Below are positions 18,706-27,676 of a stretch of 64,000 nt of DNA, piece after piece. Source of the stretch: Pseudomonadota bacterium (GTDB taxonomy: Bacteria; Myxococcota_A; UBA796; SXON01); the NCBI GenBank assembly GCA_030685065.1, contig JAUXQH010000054.1, forward strand, positions 120,280 to 184,279. The letters run 5' to 3'. The stretch's first letter is position 1; every line of letters starts with the position of its first letter. The notes beneath the pieces were generated by a model, which worked only from the letters and a program-made list of their open reading frames with translations, had not been told where the DNA came from and did not search any database. The position numbers were made by a program, and so were the translations under genes.

Positions 18706-19646
18706 GCGAGCGCCTCCGCGAGCCGGGTGTTCTCGGCGGGGGTGCGCACGGCGACCCGCACGTGTCGGGTGTCGAGCCCGGCGAAGTTCGAGGCGTCACG
18801 GACGAGGACGCCGTGGTCGCGCAACGCACGGAGCCGGAGCTCCGGCCCGCGAGGCGCGGACAGCGTGAGCAGCAGGAAGTTGGCGCCCCCCGCGACCTCC
18901 CCGAAGCGTCCGAGCTCCTTCGCCAGGGTCGTGCGCCATGCATCGAGGGGGATGCGACGAGGCCAGTCCCAGCTCTGAAGGCACGCGAGGCCGGCGGCGA
19001 GGGCGGGGCCGTTCACGGTCCACGTCGGCACCGATCGCGGGTCGATCCCCGTGGCCCAGCCGAGGCGCAGCCCGGGGATCCCGAACGTCTTGGTCAGGCT
19101 CGTCACGACGACGACGTCGTCGAGCCCGACGCAGCTCGGCGCATCGGTGAACCCGAGGAACGACTCGTCGACGACGACGCGCACGCCCGGGCGACGCAGG
19201 GCGGCCACCTCGGCGACGGACGGCAGGTGGCCGTCGGGGTTGTTGGGCCGGCCCACGACGATCGCGTCGCCCGGCTCGGCCTCGTCTCCCCAGCACACCT
19301 CAGCCGGCCAGGCGGCTTCGGCGTAGCCCAGGTACGACGGCGCGCGGACCCAGACGCGGCGGCACCCGGCCACGGCCGCCCGCAGGAGCTCGGTCGCGCC
19401 GTTTCCGAGCACGACCTCGGCGCCCAGCCGCTCGGACAGGAGGCTGCGCAGGGGCTCGGCCCGGGGGGAGGGATACCGGCCGCTGTCCGCGACGGCCGCG
19501 CGCGCGGCGTCCAGCACCGCGGGAGGCGCTCCGAGGGGGTGGATGTTCGCGGAAAAATCGAGGACCGTGGCGGGATCGCGACCACACTCGGCGGCCGCGC
19601 GCAGGACGTCCCCTCCATGAACGGGCGGCGGCTCGGGCAGGGGCAT
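18687..19646 (-). CDS. cobD: L-threonine-O-3-phosphate decarboxylase (Salmonella CobD / CobC-type class-II aminotransferase fold)
   Basis: MPLPEPPPVHGGDVLRAAAECGRDPATVLDFSANIHPLG.P.....RYPSP...GNGATELL. Start set at internal ATG 19646 because the 70-aa upstream extension of the track ORF runs through the opposite-strand riboswitch. Confidence 0.85.
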   Translation of the reverse strand: MPLPEPPPVHGGDVLRAAAECGRDPATVLDFSANIHPLGAPPAVLDAARAAVADSGRYPSPRAEPLRSLLSERLGAEVVLGNGATELLRAAVAGCRRVWVRAPSYLGYAEAAWPAEVCWGDEAEPGDAIVVGRPNNPDGHLPSVAEVAALRRPGVRVVVDESFLGFTDAPSCVGLDDVVVVTSLTKTFGIPGLRLGWATGIDPRSVPTWTVNGPALAAGLACLQSWDWPRRIPLDAWRTTLAKELGRFGEVAGGANFLLLTLSAPRGPELRLRALRDHGVLVRDASNFAGLDTRHVRVAVRTPAENTRLAEALACTLSS

Positions 19647-19767
19647 TCGGCACCGGTGGGGGGCGTCTTGATGGCCCGTCCTCCGCCGGCGCGCAAGGTC
19701 GAAGAAAATGGATCGGCCTCCGACCGTCACTCTCTCAGACTCGACCTCGACGGTCTCTTGCGCGCGC

Positions 19768-19950
19768 CGCCAGGGTGCGGTATCCACGCCGCGCAACTTC
19801 TGGTCGGTGGGAATCCGGTGAGAACCCGGAACAGGCCCGCTACCGTGATCGGTCATGCCCCTCCACAGCGTCCTCGGACGTGGGCCACTGGGTGAAAACC
19901 TGGGAAGGCGGAGGGGATAAAGGCCGTAAGTCGGGAGACCCCGACCGGAG
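19768..19950 (+). promoter_or_regulatory. Cobalamin (AdoCbl) riboswitch leading the cbi operon
   Basis: Core consensus elements were read by eye: GGTGCGG..., GGGAATCCGGTGAGAACCCGGAACAGGCCCGCTACCGTGA, GCCACTGGG...CTGGGAAGGCGG, and a B12-box-like AGTCGGGAGACCCCGAC. About 170 nt upstream of the cbiD GTG. Confidence 0.8.
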
Positions 19951-20119
19951 GTGGGCGCAACCTTCCCCGGTGTCGGGATGACCGCGTCCGCCGCCTCAGT
20001 CCTCGCCTCCGGGTCGAGCGCCTGAGCTCGTCGGTCGCGTCACTCTTCACGGAGCGGCGGGGGCGAGTGCGCGGCGGACCCGTTCCTGACGTCGGGACCT
20101 CTCAACGAGGCTCCCCCCC

Positions 20120-21271
20120 GTGCAACGCTCCCGACCCGACGGATCCGCCTCCCAAAAGAGGCCACTGCGCACCGGCTACACCACCGGGGCGAACGCCTGC
20201 GCGGCGGTGTGCGCGGCGACGCGGGTGCTCGTCGGGGCGGGGCTCGAGCCCTGGGAGGGCCCCCTCCCGGAGCTGACGGCCGATCGCTACGACACCCTCG
20301 CCGGCTCGGTGCTCATCACCCTCCCGAACGGCGATCGGGTCCGCTTCCCGGTGCGCGTGGCCGAGCGCCGCGGCGACATCGGGTACGCCGCGGTGATCAA
20401 GGACGGGGGCGACGACCCCGACTGCACCCACCGCGCCGAGCTCTGGGCCCAGGTCCGCCTCCGCGACGACGGCAGGATCGAGCTGCTGGGCGGCGAGGGC
20501 GTGGGCGTCGTGACCAAGCCGGGGCTCGGCCTGCCGGTGGGCGGCCCGGCGATCAACGACGGCCCGCGGCTGAACATCCTCGACGAGGTCGCCAGGTTGA
20601 CGCCCCACGGCGCCGACATCACGCTCGGCATCACCAACGGCGAGGAGCTGGCGACGAAGACGCTGAACGCGCGGCTCGGCATCCTCGGCGGGCTCTCGAT
20701 CCTCGGCACCACCGGCATCGTCCACCCGTACTCGACCGCCGCGTTCCGGGCCTCGGTCGCCCAGGGCATCGACGTGGCCCACAACCAGGGCGCGGACCAC
20801 GTGGTGCTCACCACGGGCGGCCGCTCCGAGCGCTTCGCGATGGAGCTGCTGCCGCACCTGCCCGAGCCGGCGTTCGTCCAGATGGGGGACTTCATCGGGT
20901 TTGCGCTCGACCACGCGGTCCGGGTCGGGATGCGCGCCGCCACCATCGTCGGGATGATCGGCAAGCTCTCGAAGATGGCCGACGGGCGGACGATGACGCA
21001 CGCGGCCGCCTCCGAGGTCAACACCGCGCTGCTCGGCGAGGTCGCCCGCGGGGTGGGCGCCGACGACGCGTTGTGCGCCGCGATCGCCGCCGGCAACACC
21101 GGCCGCCACGTGCAGGAGCTGGTGGTCGCCGCGGGGCTGGACGGCTTCTTCGACGCCCTGTGCGAGCGGGTCTCCATCGTGCTCTCCGCTCACCTGAAGG
21201 GGCCGATGCGGGTCGAGGTGTTCCTCGTCGACTTCAGCGGCCCCGCGCTCGGGAGGTTTCTCCATGAATGA
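20120..21271 (+). CDS. cbiD: Cobalt-precorrin-5B (C1)-methyltransferase CbiD
   Basis: PLRTGYTTGANACAAVCAA..., GGEGVGVVTKPGL, GILGTTGIVHPYS. Confidence 0.92.
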   Translation: MQRSRPDGSASQKRPLRTGYTTGANACAAVCAATRVLVGAGLEPWEGPLPELTADRYDTLAGSVLITLPNGDRVRFPVRVAERRGDIGYAAVIKDGGDDPDCTHRAELWAQVRLRDDGRIELLGGEGVGVVTKPGLGLPVGGPAINDGPRLNILDEVARLTPHGADITLGITNGEELATKTLNARLGILGGLSILGTTGIVHPYSTAAFRASVAQGIDVAHNQGADHVVLTTGGRSERFAMELLPHLPEPAFVQMGDFIGFALDHAVRVGMRAATIVGMIGKLSKMADGRTMTHAAASEVNTALLGEVARGVGADDALCAAIAAGNTGRHVQELVVAAGLDGFFDALCERVSIVLSAHLKGPMRVEVFLVDFSGPALGRFLHE

Positions 21272-21914
21272 TCTGCGCCAGATGACCGCGCTCGGCCGCG
21301 CCATCGAGGACGACAGCTTCGCGATCATCGACCGCGAGGCCGGGCCGCACGACCACGACCGCGCCGAGTGGGAGGTGGTCCGTCGCATCATCCACGCCAC
21401 CGCGGACTTCGAGTTCAAGTGGACGACGCGCTTCGGGAACGACGCGGTAGCCCGCGGATGCGCGGCCCTGCGCGCCGGCGCGCCGATCATCGCGGACGTG
21501 AAGATGATCGTCGTGGGGCTGAACGCGGCCCGACTCGCGTCGTTCGGCTGCACGCCGCACACCTTCATCGACGACGAGGACGTGATCGCCCGCGCCAAGG
21601 CCGGCGCGACCACCCGCGCTGTGGAGTCCATGCGGGAGGCGCACGCCCGGGGGCTGATCGAAGGCGGCGTCGTCGTGATCGGGAACGCCCCGACCGCGCT
21701 CCTCGAGATCGTCCGCCTCCATCGCGAAGAAGGGGTGACCCCCGCCCTGGTTCTCGGCATGCCGGTGGGTTTTGTGAACGCGGTGGAATCGAAGGAGGCG
21801 ATCATGGAGACGGCGATCCCATACGTCGTCACGCGCGGGCGCAAGGGCGGCTCGACGATCACGGTGGCGGCGCTGCACGCGTTCATGCACATCGCGACGG
21901 GGGACCTCCGATGA
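21264..21914 (+). CDS. cbiC: Cobalt-precorrin-8 methylmutase CbiC (CobH)
   Basis: SFAIIDRE......EWEVVRRIIHATADFEF..., IGNAPTAL, RGRKGGS. GGGAGG Shine-Dalgarno at 21251-21256. Confidence 0.92.
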   Translation: MNDLRQMTALGRAIEDDSFAIIDREAGPHDHDRAEWEVVRRIIHATADFEFKWTTRFGNDAVARGCAALRAGAPIIADVKMIVVGLNAARLASFGCTPHTFIDDEDVIARAKAGATTRAVESMREAHARGLIEGGVVVIGNAPTALLEIVRLHREEGVTPALVLGMPVGFVNAVESKEAIMETAIPYVVTRGRKGGSTITVAALHAFMHIATGDLR

Positions 21915-23122
21915 CGCCGACGATCACCGCGCCGATGATCACCGTCGTGGGTGTCGGCATCGGGGGACAGCTCACCCCGCAGGCGCGTGAGGCGATCGCC
22001 GCCGCGGAGCTGCTGATCGGCGGGACGCGCCTGCTCGAGCAGGTCGAGAGCTGTGCCGTTCCCGGACGCACGGAGCGCTTCGATCTGACGGGCCGCATGG
22101 CCGAGGTGCGCCCCCTGCTCACCGCGAACACCGCCCGGCGCTGCGTCGTGCTCGCCTCGGGCGATCCGCTGTTCTTCGGGATCGGCGGCTTCCTCTGCCG
22201 CCACTTCCCCGCGGTCCTGGTGATCTCCGCGCCGTCGTCGGTGGCCGAGGCCTTCGCGCGGATCGGTCTCGCGTGGGAGGACGCCGAAGTGCTCTCCGGG
22301 CACGGGCGCCCCATGCCGGATGTCGCCGCCGCGCTCGATCGCAGCGGCAAGGTCGCGGTGCTCACCGACGCGACGAACACGCCCGCCGCGATCGGTCACG
22401 TGCTCGGCGATCGCGACGGGGATGCCTGGGTGTGCGAGCGGCTGGGAGAGGACGAGCAGATCCGCAAGGTGTCGATCCGGGACCTCGCGAAGCTCGAGGC
22501 CGATCCGCTCAACGTCGTCGTGCTCCTCGCCCCGAAGCGCCCGCGCCGGACCATCCCCCACACCGCCGACGACGCCTTCGAGAAGAAGATGCCGAAGAAG
22601 GGGCTCATCACGAAGCGCGAGGTCCGCACCCTCTCGCTCGCCGCGTTGGGCCTGCGGGTGGGGGATGTCGCCTGGGACATCGGCGCGGGCAGCGGATCCG
22701 TCGCGATCGAGATGGCGCTGCTCGGCGCCTCCCGCGTGTTCGCCGTGGAGAAGAACGAGGACGCATGCGAGATCATCCGGCTGAACGTCGCTGCCTTCGC
22801 GACGCCGCAGGTCGAGGTCGTGCACGCCAAGGCGCCCGAGGGGCTGGACGCCCTGCCCGATCCCGACCGTGTCTTCGTGGGTGGATCGGGCGGGAACATG
22901 GGGGAGCTGGTGCACCTGCTCCTCGGTCGGCTGCGCCCCGGCGGGGGGCTGGTCGTCAACGCCGCCACCATCGAGAACCTCGCCGATTGCGTGAGCGCGC
23001 TCAAGGCCGCCGGCGCGACCTGGTCCGTGACACATGTATCGGTGTGTCGCTCCAGCCCGATCCTCGATCTCACACGCTTCGAAGCCCTGAACCCCGTGTG
23101 GATCGTTGAGGCTTCCCGATGA
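21911..23122 (+). CDS. cbiET: Fused CbiE/CbiT (CobL-type) cobalt-precorrin-6B/7 C5,C15-methyltransferase-decarboxylase
   Basis: N-terminal half is tetrapyrrole-methylase like (ITVVGVGIGG...GDPLFFGIG). C-terminal half is a SAM methyltransferase (VAWDIGAGSGSVAIEMA). ATGA overlap with cbiC. Confidence 0.9.
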   Translation: MTPTITAPMITVVGVGIGGQLTPQAREAIAAAELLIGGTRLLEQVESCAVPGRTERFDLTGRMAEVRPLLTANTARRCVVLASGDPLFFGIGGFLCRHFPAVLVISAPSSVAEAFARIGLAWEDAEVLSGHGRPMPDVAAALDRSGKVAVLTDATNTPAAIGHVLGDRDGDAWVCERLGEDEQIRKVSIRDLAKLEADPLNVVVLLAPKRPRRTIPHTADDAFEKKMPKKGLITKREVRTLSLAALGLRVGDVAWDIGAGSGSVAIEMALLGASRVFAVEKNEDACEIIRLNVAAFATPQVEVVHAKAPEGLDALPDPDRVFVGGSGGNMGELVHLLLGRLRPGGGLVVNAATIENLADCVSALKAAGATWSVTHVSVCRSSPILDLTRFEALNPVWIVEASR

Positions 23123-23901
23123 GCGAGGTCAAGATCGGACGCTTCTACGGCCTCGGCGTCGGCCCCGGCGCGCCGGATCTGCTCACCCTGCGCGCGCATC
23201 GCATCCTCACGACGATCCCGGTCGTCGTCTACCCGGCGTGCAAGCCGGGGGCATCGTCCTACGCCTGGCGGATCGTCCGGGAGCACATCCCCGAGGCCAC
23301 ACGTCGGCTGGCACAAGTGTTCCCGATGTCGCGGGACTGGGCCTCGCTCATCCCGGTGTGGCGGGAGAACGCCCGCGAGATCGCGGCGGAGCTGCGCGCC
23401 GGCAACGATGTCGCCTTCGTCACCGAGGGCGATCCCATGCTGTTCAGCACGTTCCTGCACGTGTGGGAGCTGCTCCGCGCGGAGGCCCCCGAGGTGGAGG
23501 TCGAGGTCGTGCCCGGCGTGTCGAGCATGTGCGCCGCCGCCGCGCTCACCGGGATCGCCCTCGGCCAGGGGGACCAGCGCATCGCGGTCATCCCGGCGAC
23601 GTGGCACGAGGACGCGCTCCGGGACGCGCTGGTCGAGTGGGACGTGGTCGTGCTGATGAAGGTGGCGCGGGTCCTCCCGAGGGTCATCGACCTGCTCAAG
23701 GAGCTCGGCCGCTACGACCACGCGGCGCTCGTGTCCCGCGGGTCCTCCGAGCAGCAGATCGTCACGCGCGACCTGGAGAAGTTCCGGGATCGCCGGCTCA
23801 ACTACCTGACGACGGTGCTCGTGGGGCGCCCCCTTGCCTTCGTGGAGGGTCTACTGGTCGAGAGCCTCCAGGCAACGATCGAAGAGGAGGAAGCGTCATG
23901 A
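23119..23901 (+). CDS. cbiL: Cobalt-precorrin-2 C20-methyltransferase CbiL (CobI)
   Basis: FYGLGVGPGAPDLLTLRA...FVTEGDPMLFSTF...VPGVSS. ATGA overlap with cbiET. Confidence 0.9.
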   Translation: MSEVKIGRFYGLGVGPGAPDLLTLRAHRILTTIPVVVYPACKPGASSYAWRIVREHIPEATRRLAQVFPMSRDWASLIPVWRENAREIAAELRAGNDVAFVTEGDPMLFSTFLHVWELLRAEAPEVEVEVVPGVSSMCAAAALTGIALGQGDQRIAVIPATWHEDALRDALVEWDVVVLMKVARVLPRVIDLLKELGRYDHAALVSRGSSEQQIVTRDLEKFRDRRLNYLTTVLVGRPLAFVEGLLVESLQATIEEEEAS

Positions 23902-24722
23902 AGCCCGGCACCGTGTATTTCGTGGGCGCGGGCCCGGGCGATCCCGAGCTCATCACGGTCAAGGGCCGCCGCCTGCTCGACGCCGCCGACTACGTCCTCT
24001 TCACCGGGTCGCTGGTGCCCGACGTGATGTTCGCGGGCCTCCGTGCCGTCATCGAGGACAGCAAGGGCATCGATCTGGACGAGATGGAGCGCCGGTTGGT
24101 GACCCACGCCCGCGCCGGCGAGCGCGTCGTGCGCGCCCACACCGGCGACCCGAGCGTGTACGGCGCCATCCACGAGCAGATCGTGCGGCTCGAGCGAGCC
24201 GGCGTGCCGTGGGAGGTCGTCCCGGGCGTCACCTCGGCGTTCGCGGCGGCCGCGGCGCTGGGGGCGGAGCTCACCATCCCCGAGCTCACCCAGACCGTGA
24301 TCCTCACCCGCGTCGAGGGCCGGACCTCGATGCCGCCGGGGGAGAAGCTGGCCGACCTGGCCGGGCACGGCACCCTCTGCCTGTACCTGTCCGCGACGCT
24401 CACCGACAAGCTGGCCCGTGAGCTCATCGGCGCGGGCATGCCCGAGACCACGCCCGTCGCGATCGTGCAGTACGCGTCGATGCCGCAGCAGCGGATCCTC
24501 CGCGGCACGCTCGCGACGATCGCCGCCCAGGTGCGCGAGGCCCGGATGCGCGAGCAGGCGATGGTCCTGGTCGGCCCGGCCCTGGATCCCGAGCTGCGGT
24601 TTCGCGGCGGCCACGAGAGCCGCCTGTACGCCTCCGACTTCTCCCATCGCTTCCGCAAGGCGACGCCCGCCGAACCCCACCAAGACGCGCCCCAAGACGC
24701 CCCCAAGGAAGAGACCCCATGA
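23898..24722 (+). CDS. cbiF: Cobalt-precorrin-4 C11-methyltransferase CbiF (CobM)
   Basis: VYFVGAGPGDPELITVKG..LL..AD.VLF.GSLV, HTGDPSVYGAI, VPGVTSAFAAAA. ATGA overlap with cbiL. Confidence 0.92.
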   Translation: MKPGTVYFVGAGPGDPELITVKGRRLLDAADYVLFTGSLVPDVMFAGLRAVIEDSKGIDLDEMERRLVTHARAGERVVRAHTGDPSVYGAIHEQIVRLERAGVPWEVVPGVTSAFAAAAALGAELTIPELTQTVILTRVEGRTSMPPGEKLADLAGHGTLCLYLSATLTDKLARELIGAGMPETTPVAIVQYASMPQQRILRGTLATIAAQVREARMREQAMVLVGPALDPELRFRGGHESRLYASDFSHRFRKATPAEPHQDAPQDAPKEETP

Positions 24723-25582
24723 CCGCTCCCACGCGAGGCAAGCTTCTCCTCATCGGGTTCGGCCCCGGCGCCGACGCACACCTGACCTTCCGCGCCCGCG
24801 ACGCGATCGCCGAGGCGCAGGTGGTCATCGGGTACGTCACCTACATCAAGCTCATCGAAGACCTGCTCGAGGGGAAGGAGGTCCACAAGAAGGGGATGAG
24901 CGAGGAGCTGGACCGCGTCCACCTCGCGTACGACATGGCGCGCGCGGGGAAGATCGTCGCGCTGGTCTCGTCGGGAGACGCGGGCGTGTACGGGATGGCC
25001 GGGCCGACGATGGAGGTCCTCGCCGAGCGCGGTTGGCTGGGAGACGAGGATCCGGAGGTCGAGGTCGAGGTGGTGCCCGGCGTCACTGCCGTGAACGCCG
25101 TGGCCTCGCTCGTGGGCGCGCCGCTCACCCACGACTTCTGCACGATCTCCCTCTCGGATCTGCTGACCCCGTGGCCGGTGATCCAGCGCCGGGTGCGTGC
25201 CGCCGCCGAAGGTGACTTCGTCGTGGCGCTCTACAATCCCCAGTCGAAGCGTCGTGACTGGCAGCTCGCCGCCACGCGGGATCTGCTGCTGGCACATCGC
25301 GCGCCGAGCACCCCCGTCGCGATCGTGAAGAGCGCCTACCGGGACCGTCAGAGCGTCGTGTTGACCGACCTCGAGCACGTCTGCGACTTCGAGGTGGGGA
25401 TGCTCACCACCATCCTCGTGGGCAACTCGAACACCTACGTGGCGGCCGGCAAGATGATCACGCCGCGGGGGTACACGAACAAGTACGACCTCGCGACGAC
25501 CGAGCTCAAGCCGGGGCAGAAGCCGCTCCGGTCGCTGGTGCTCGACAACGAGGGCCGCCCGGTAGGCGGGGGCTCCGTATGA
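24719..25582 (+). CDS. cbiH: Cobalt-precorrin-3B C17-methyltransferase CbiH (CobJ)
   Basis: KLLLIGFGPGADAHLTFRA..AI.EAQVVIGY.TY, SSGDAGVYGMAG, VPGVTA. ATGA overlap with cbiF. Confidence 0.92.
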   Translation: MTAPTRGKLLLIGFGPGADAHLTFRARDAIAEAQVVIGYVTYIKLIEDLLEGKEVHKKGMSEELDRVHLAYDMARAGKIVALVSSGDAGVYGMAGPTMEVLAERGWLGDEDPEVEVEVVPGVTAVNAVASLVGAPLTHDFCTISLSDLLTPWPVIQRRVRAAAEGDFVVALYNPQSKRRDWQLAATRDLLLAHRAPSTPVAIVKSAYRDRQSVVLTDLEHVCDFEVGMLTTILVGNSNTYVAAGKMITPRGYTNKYDLATTELKPGQKPLRSLVLDNEGRPVGGGSV

Positions 25583-26637
25583 GCCTCACCTCCGGCCTCG
25601 ACGACATCGCGGTCCTGTCGGTCACCCGGCAGGGCGTCGCGCTCGCGCGCCGCCTGGAGGCTTCGCTCCCGGCGAAGCTCACCGTGTACGTCACGGCGAA
25701 GTACGCCGAGGGCGCCCCCGAGCACTACGTCCGATTCCAGGACAAGCTCCAGCCCATCGTCGATGCGGCCTGGGGCAAGCACGAGGCGCTGATCTTCATC
25801 GGCGCGGCCGGCATCGCCGTGCGGATGATCGCGCCGCACGTCATCGACAAGCGCTTCGATCCGGGCGTGGTTGTCATGGACATCCAAGGCCGCTTCGCGA
25901 TCGCGCTGTGCTCCGGGCACCTGGGCGGGGCCAACGAGCTGGCGCGTCTGATCGGGGACGCGGTCGGAGCTATTCCGGTGATCACCACCGGCACGGACGT
26001 GAACGAGACGCTCGCCCCCGACGTGCTCGCGAAGCAGATCGGCGCCGACGTCGAGAATTGGGACGCGCTCAAGGTGGTCTCCGGCGCCCTCGTCGACTCC
26101 CGACGTGTGGGTGTGTTGACCGATGTATCACTCACCGACATCGCGAAGTACGCGGCGAAGAACGTGCATGTCACTGACACACTCGACGGCTTCGACGCCG
26201 GGATCGGCGTGACACATCGGGTGATACATACCGATACACCGACGATCTGGCTGCGCCCGAAGGTGCTCGTGGTCGGTATCGGGTGCAACAGCGGCACGAC
26301 CGAAGCGGAGATCGCGCAGGAGGTGGACGCCGTGCTCGGCGAGGCCGGTCTCTCTCCCCGTTCGGTGCGGGCGCTCGCGACGATCACGCTCAAGCAGGAC
26401 GAGCCGGGGCTCGTCGCCTTTGCCCGGGCGCGGGGCGTTCCGCTCCTGGCCGTCGACGCGCGGACGATCAACGAGGAGGCGCCTCCCTTCGCGCGATCCG
26501 AGGCGGTGTTCCGGCATGTCGGCGTGTACGGCGTGTCGGAGCCCGCGGCGATGCTGGCAGCCGGGGCCCAGCGTTGCCTCGTCACCAAGCAGAAGCGCGG
26601 CAACGTCACGGTCGCGGTCGCCCTGGTGCCACGATGA
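25579..26637 (+). CDS. cbiG: Cobalt-precorrin-5A hydrolase CbiG
   Basis: Two-domain CbiG layout: IAVLSVTRQGVALARRL..., IFIGAAGIAVRMIAP, GGANELA, and the C-terminal CobE-like part VVGIGCNSGT...IATI..K.DE.GL. ATGA overlap. Confidence 0.9.
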   Translation: MSLTSGLDDIAVLSVTRQGVALARRLEASLPAKLTVYVTAKYAEGAPEHYVRFQDKLQPIVDAAWGKHEALIFIGAAGIAVRMIAPHVIDKRFDPGVVVMDIQGRFAIALCSGHLGGANELARLIGDAVGAIPVITTGTDVNETLAPDVLAKQIGADVENWDALKVVSGALVDSRRVGVLTDVSLTDIAKYAAKNVHVTDTLDGFDAGIGVTHRVIHTDTPTIWLRPKVLVVGIGCNSGTTEAEIAQEVDAVLGEAGLSPRSVRALATITLKQDEPGLVAFARARGVPLLAVDARTINEEAPPFARSEAVFRHVGVYGVSEPAAMLAAGAQRCLVTKQKRGNVTVAVALVPR

Positions 26638-27215
26638 GGGAGACCCCGAACGCGTCCGTGCGCCCCCCGGATCCGAAGGCGCGGGTGGTCGCGGAGAACA
26701 AGGAACGCGTCGGCCTGGTCCTGGTCCACACGGGCGACGGGAAGGGCAAGAGCACCTCCGCGTTCGGACTCGCGCTGCGCGCCGTCGGGCACGACCTTCG
26801 GGTCCACATCGTGCAGTTCATCAAGGGCTCGCGCACGTACGGCGAGCTGCGGTCGCTCGAGCGGCTCGGCGTCCCGGTCGAGCGCGCCGGGGAGGGCTTC
26901 ACCTGGGAGGTGCGCTCCGACGAGCGGCAGCGTGAGCTCGCCAGCTGGGGGATGGAACGCGCGCGCGCGGCGGTGGCGTCCGGCGTGGACGTGCTCGTGC
27001 TCGACGAGGTGAACATCGCCCTCGGCAAGGGCTTCTTCCCCATCGACGAGTTCCTGGCCTTCCTCGCCGAACGGCCGCCCGGGATGCACGTGGTCTGCAC
27101 CGGTCGCTACGCCCCCGAGGCGCTGCTCGCAGCGGCCGATCTCGTGACCCGCCACGAGCTGGTGAAGCACCCGTATCAACGCGGCATCCGGGCGCAGCCG
27201 GGCGTGGAGTTCTGA
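26634..27215 (+). CDS. cobO: Cob(I)yrinic acid a,c-diamide adenosyltransferase (CobO/BtuR/CobA type)
   Basis: GLVLVHTGDGKGKSTSAFGLALRAVGH...VQFIKG...GE, VLDEVN, TGR.AP..L...ADLVT. ATGA overlap. Confidence 0.92.
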   Translation: MRETPNASVRPPDPKARVVAENKERVGLVLVHTGDGKGKSTSAFGLALRAVGHDLRVHIVQFIKGSRTYGELRSLERLGVPVERAGEGFTWEVRSDERQRELASWGMERARAAVASGVDVLVLDEVNIALGKGFFPIDEFLAFLAERPPGMHVVCTGRYAPEALLAAADLVTRHELVKHPYQRGIRAQPGVEF

Positions 27216-27676
27216 TGCAGGCGCTCCTCGATCTGCTCGACGCAGGAGGCCTCTCGCTCGGCGCGGCGTCCGCCCGCCTCGGGCTCTCCGAGGGCCAGGC
27301 GCTCGCGATGCTGGTGGGCGCGGGGCGGACCGTGCGGATCGACGGCGCGGTGGCGCTGGCGGCGGTGCGCACGTGGGGGCGGATCCGGGTGATCCTCCGG
27401 TCGCGGAGCTGCGTGGCCGAGGTGATGAGTGACCTGGGTGCGGTGCGCGAGTCGGGCGTCTGGTGGAACGACGAGGACGAACGGGTGCACCTGCACCTCA
27501 ACGTCGGGGATGTCGCCACGGCCTTCGTCACGACGAAAGCAGGGCATGCGAGCGGACGCGCGGTGCGGACGGTCGCGTTCGTCGACACCGCCGGCGAGGT
27601 GCTGTTCAAGGTCATGGTCCCGAAGGAGCGTCCAGAGCTCATCCCCGCCTTCAACGCCCTCAAGGACATCCCATGA
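27215..27676 (+). CDS. ChuX/HutX-like (heme-utilisation carrier fold) protein embedded in the B12 operon
   Basis: By-eye alignment to E. coli ChuX: ..W G.I.V..RS..CVAEV..........G.W.N.......LHL....V..AFV.......S.R...VAF.D..GEVLFKV.V. The start overlaps the cobO stop and the stop overlaps the cbiA start. Confidence 0.65.
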   Translation: MQALLDLLDAGGLSLGAASARLGLSEGQALAMLVGAGRTVRIDGAVALAAVRTWGRIRVILRSRSCVAEVMSDLGAVRESGVWWNDEDERVHLHLNVGDVATAFVTTKAGHASGRAVRTVAFVDTAGEVLFKVMVPKERPELIPAFNALKDIP

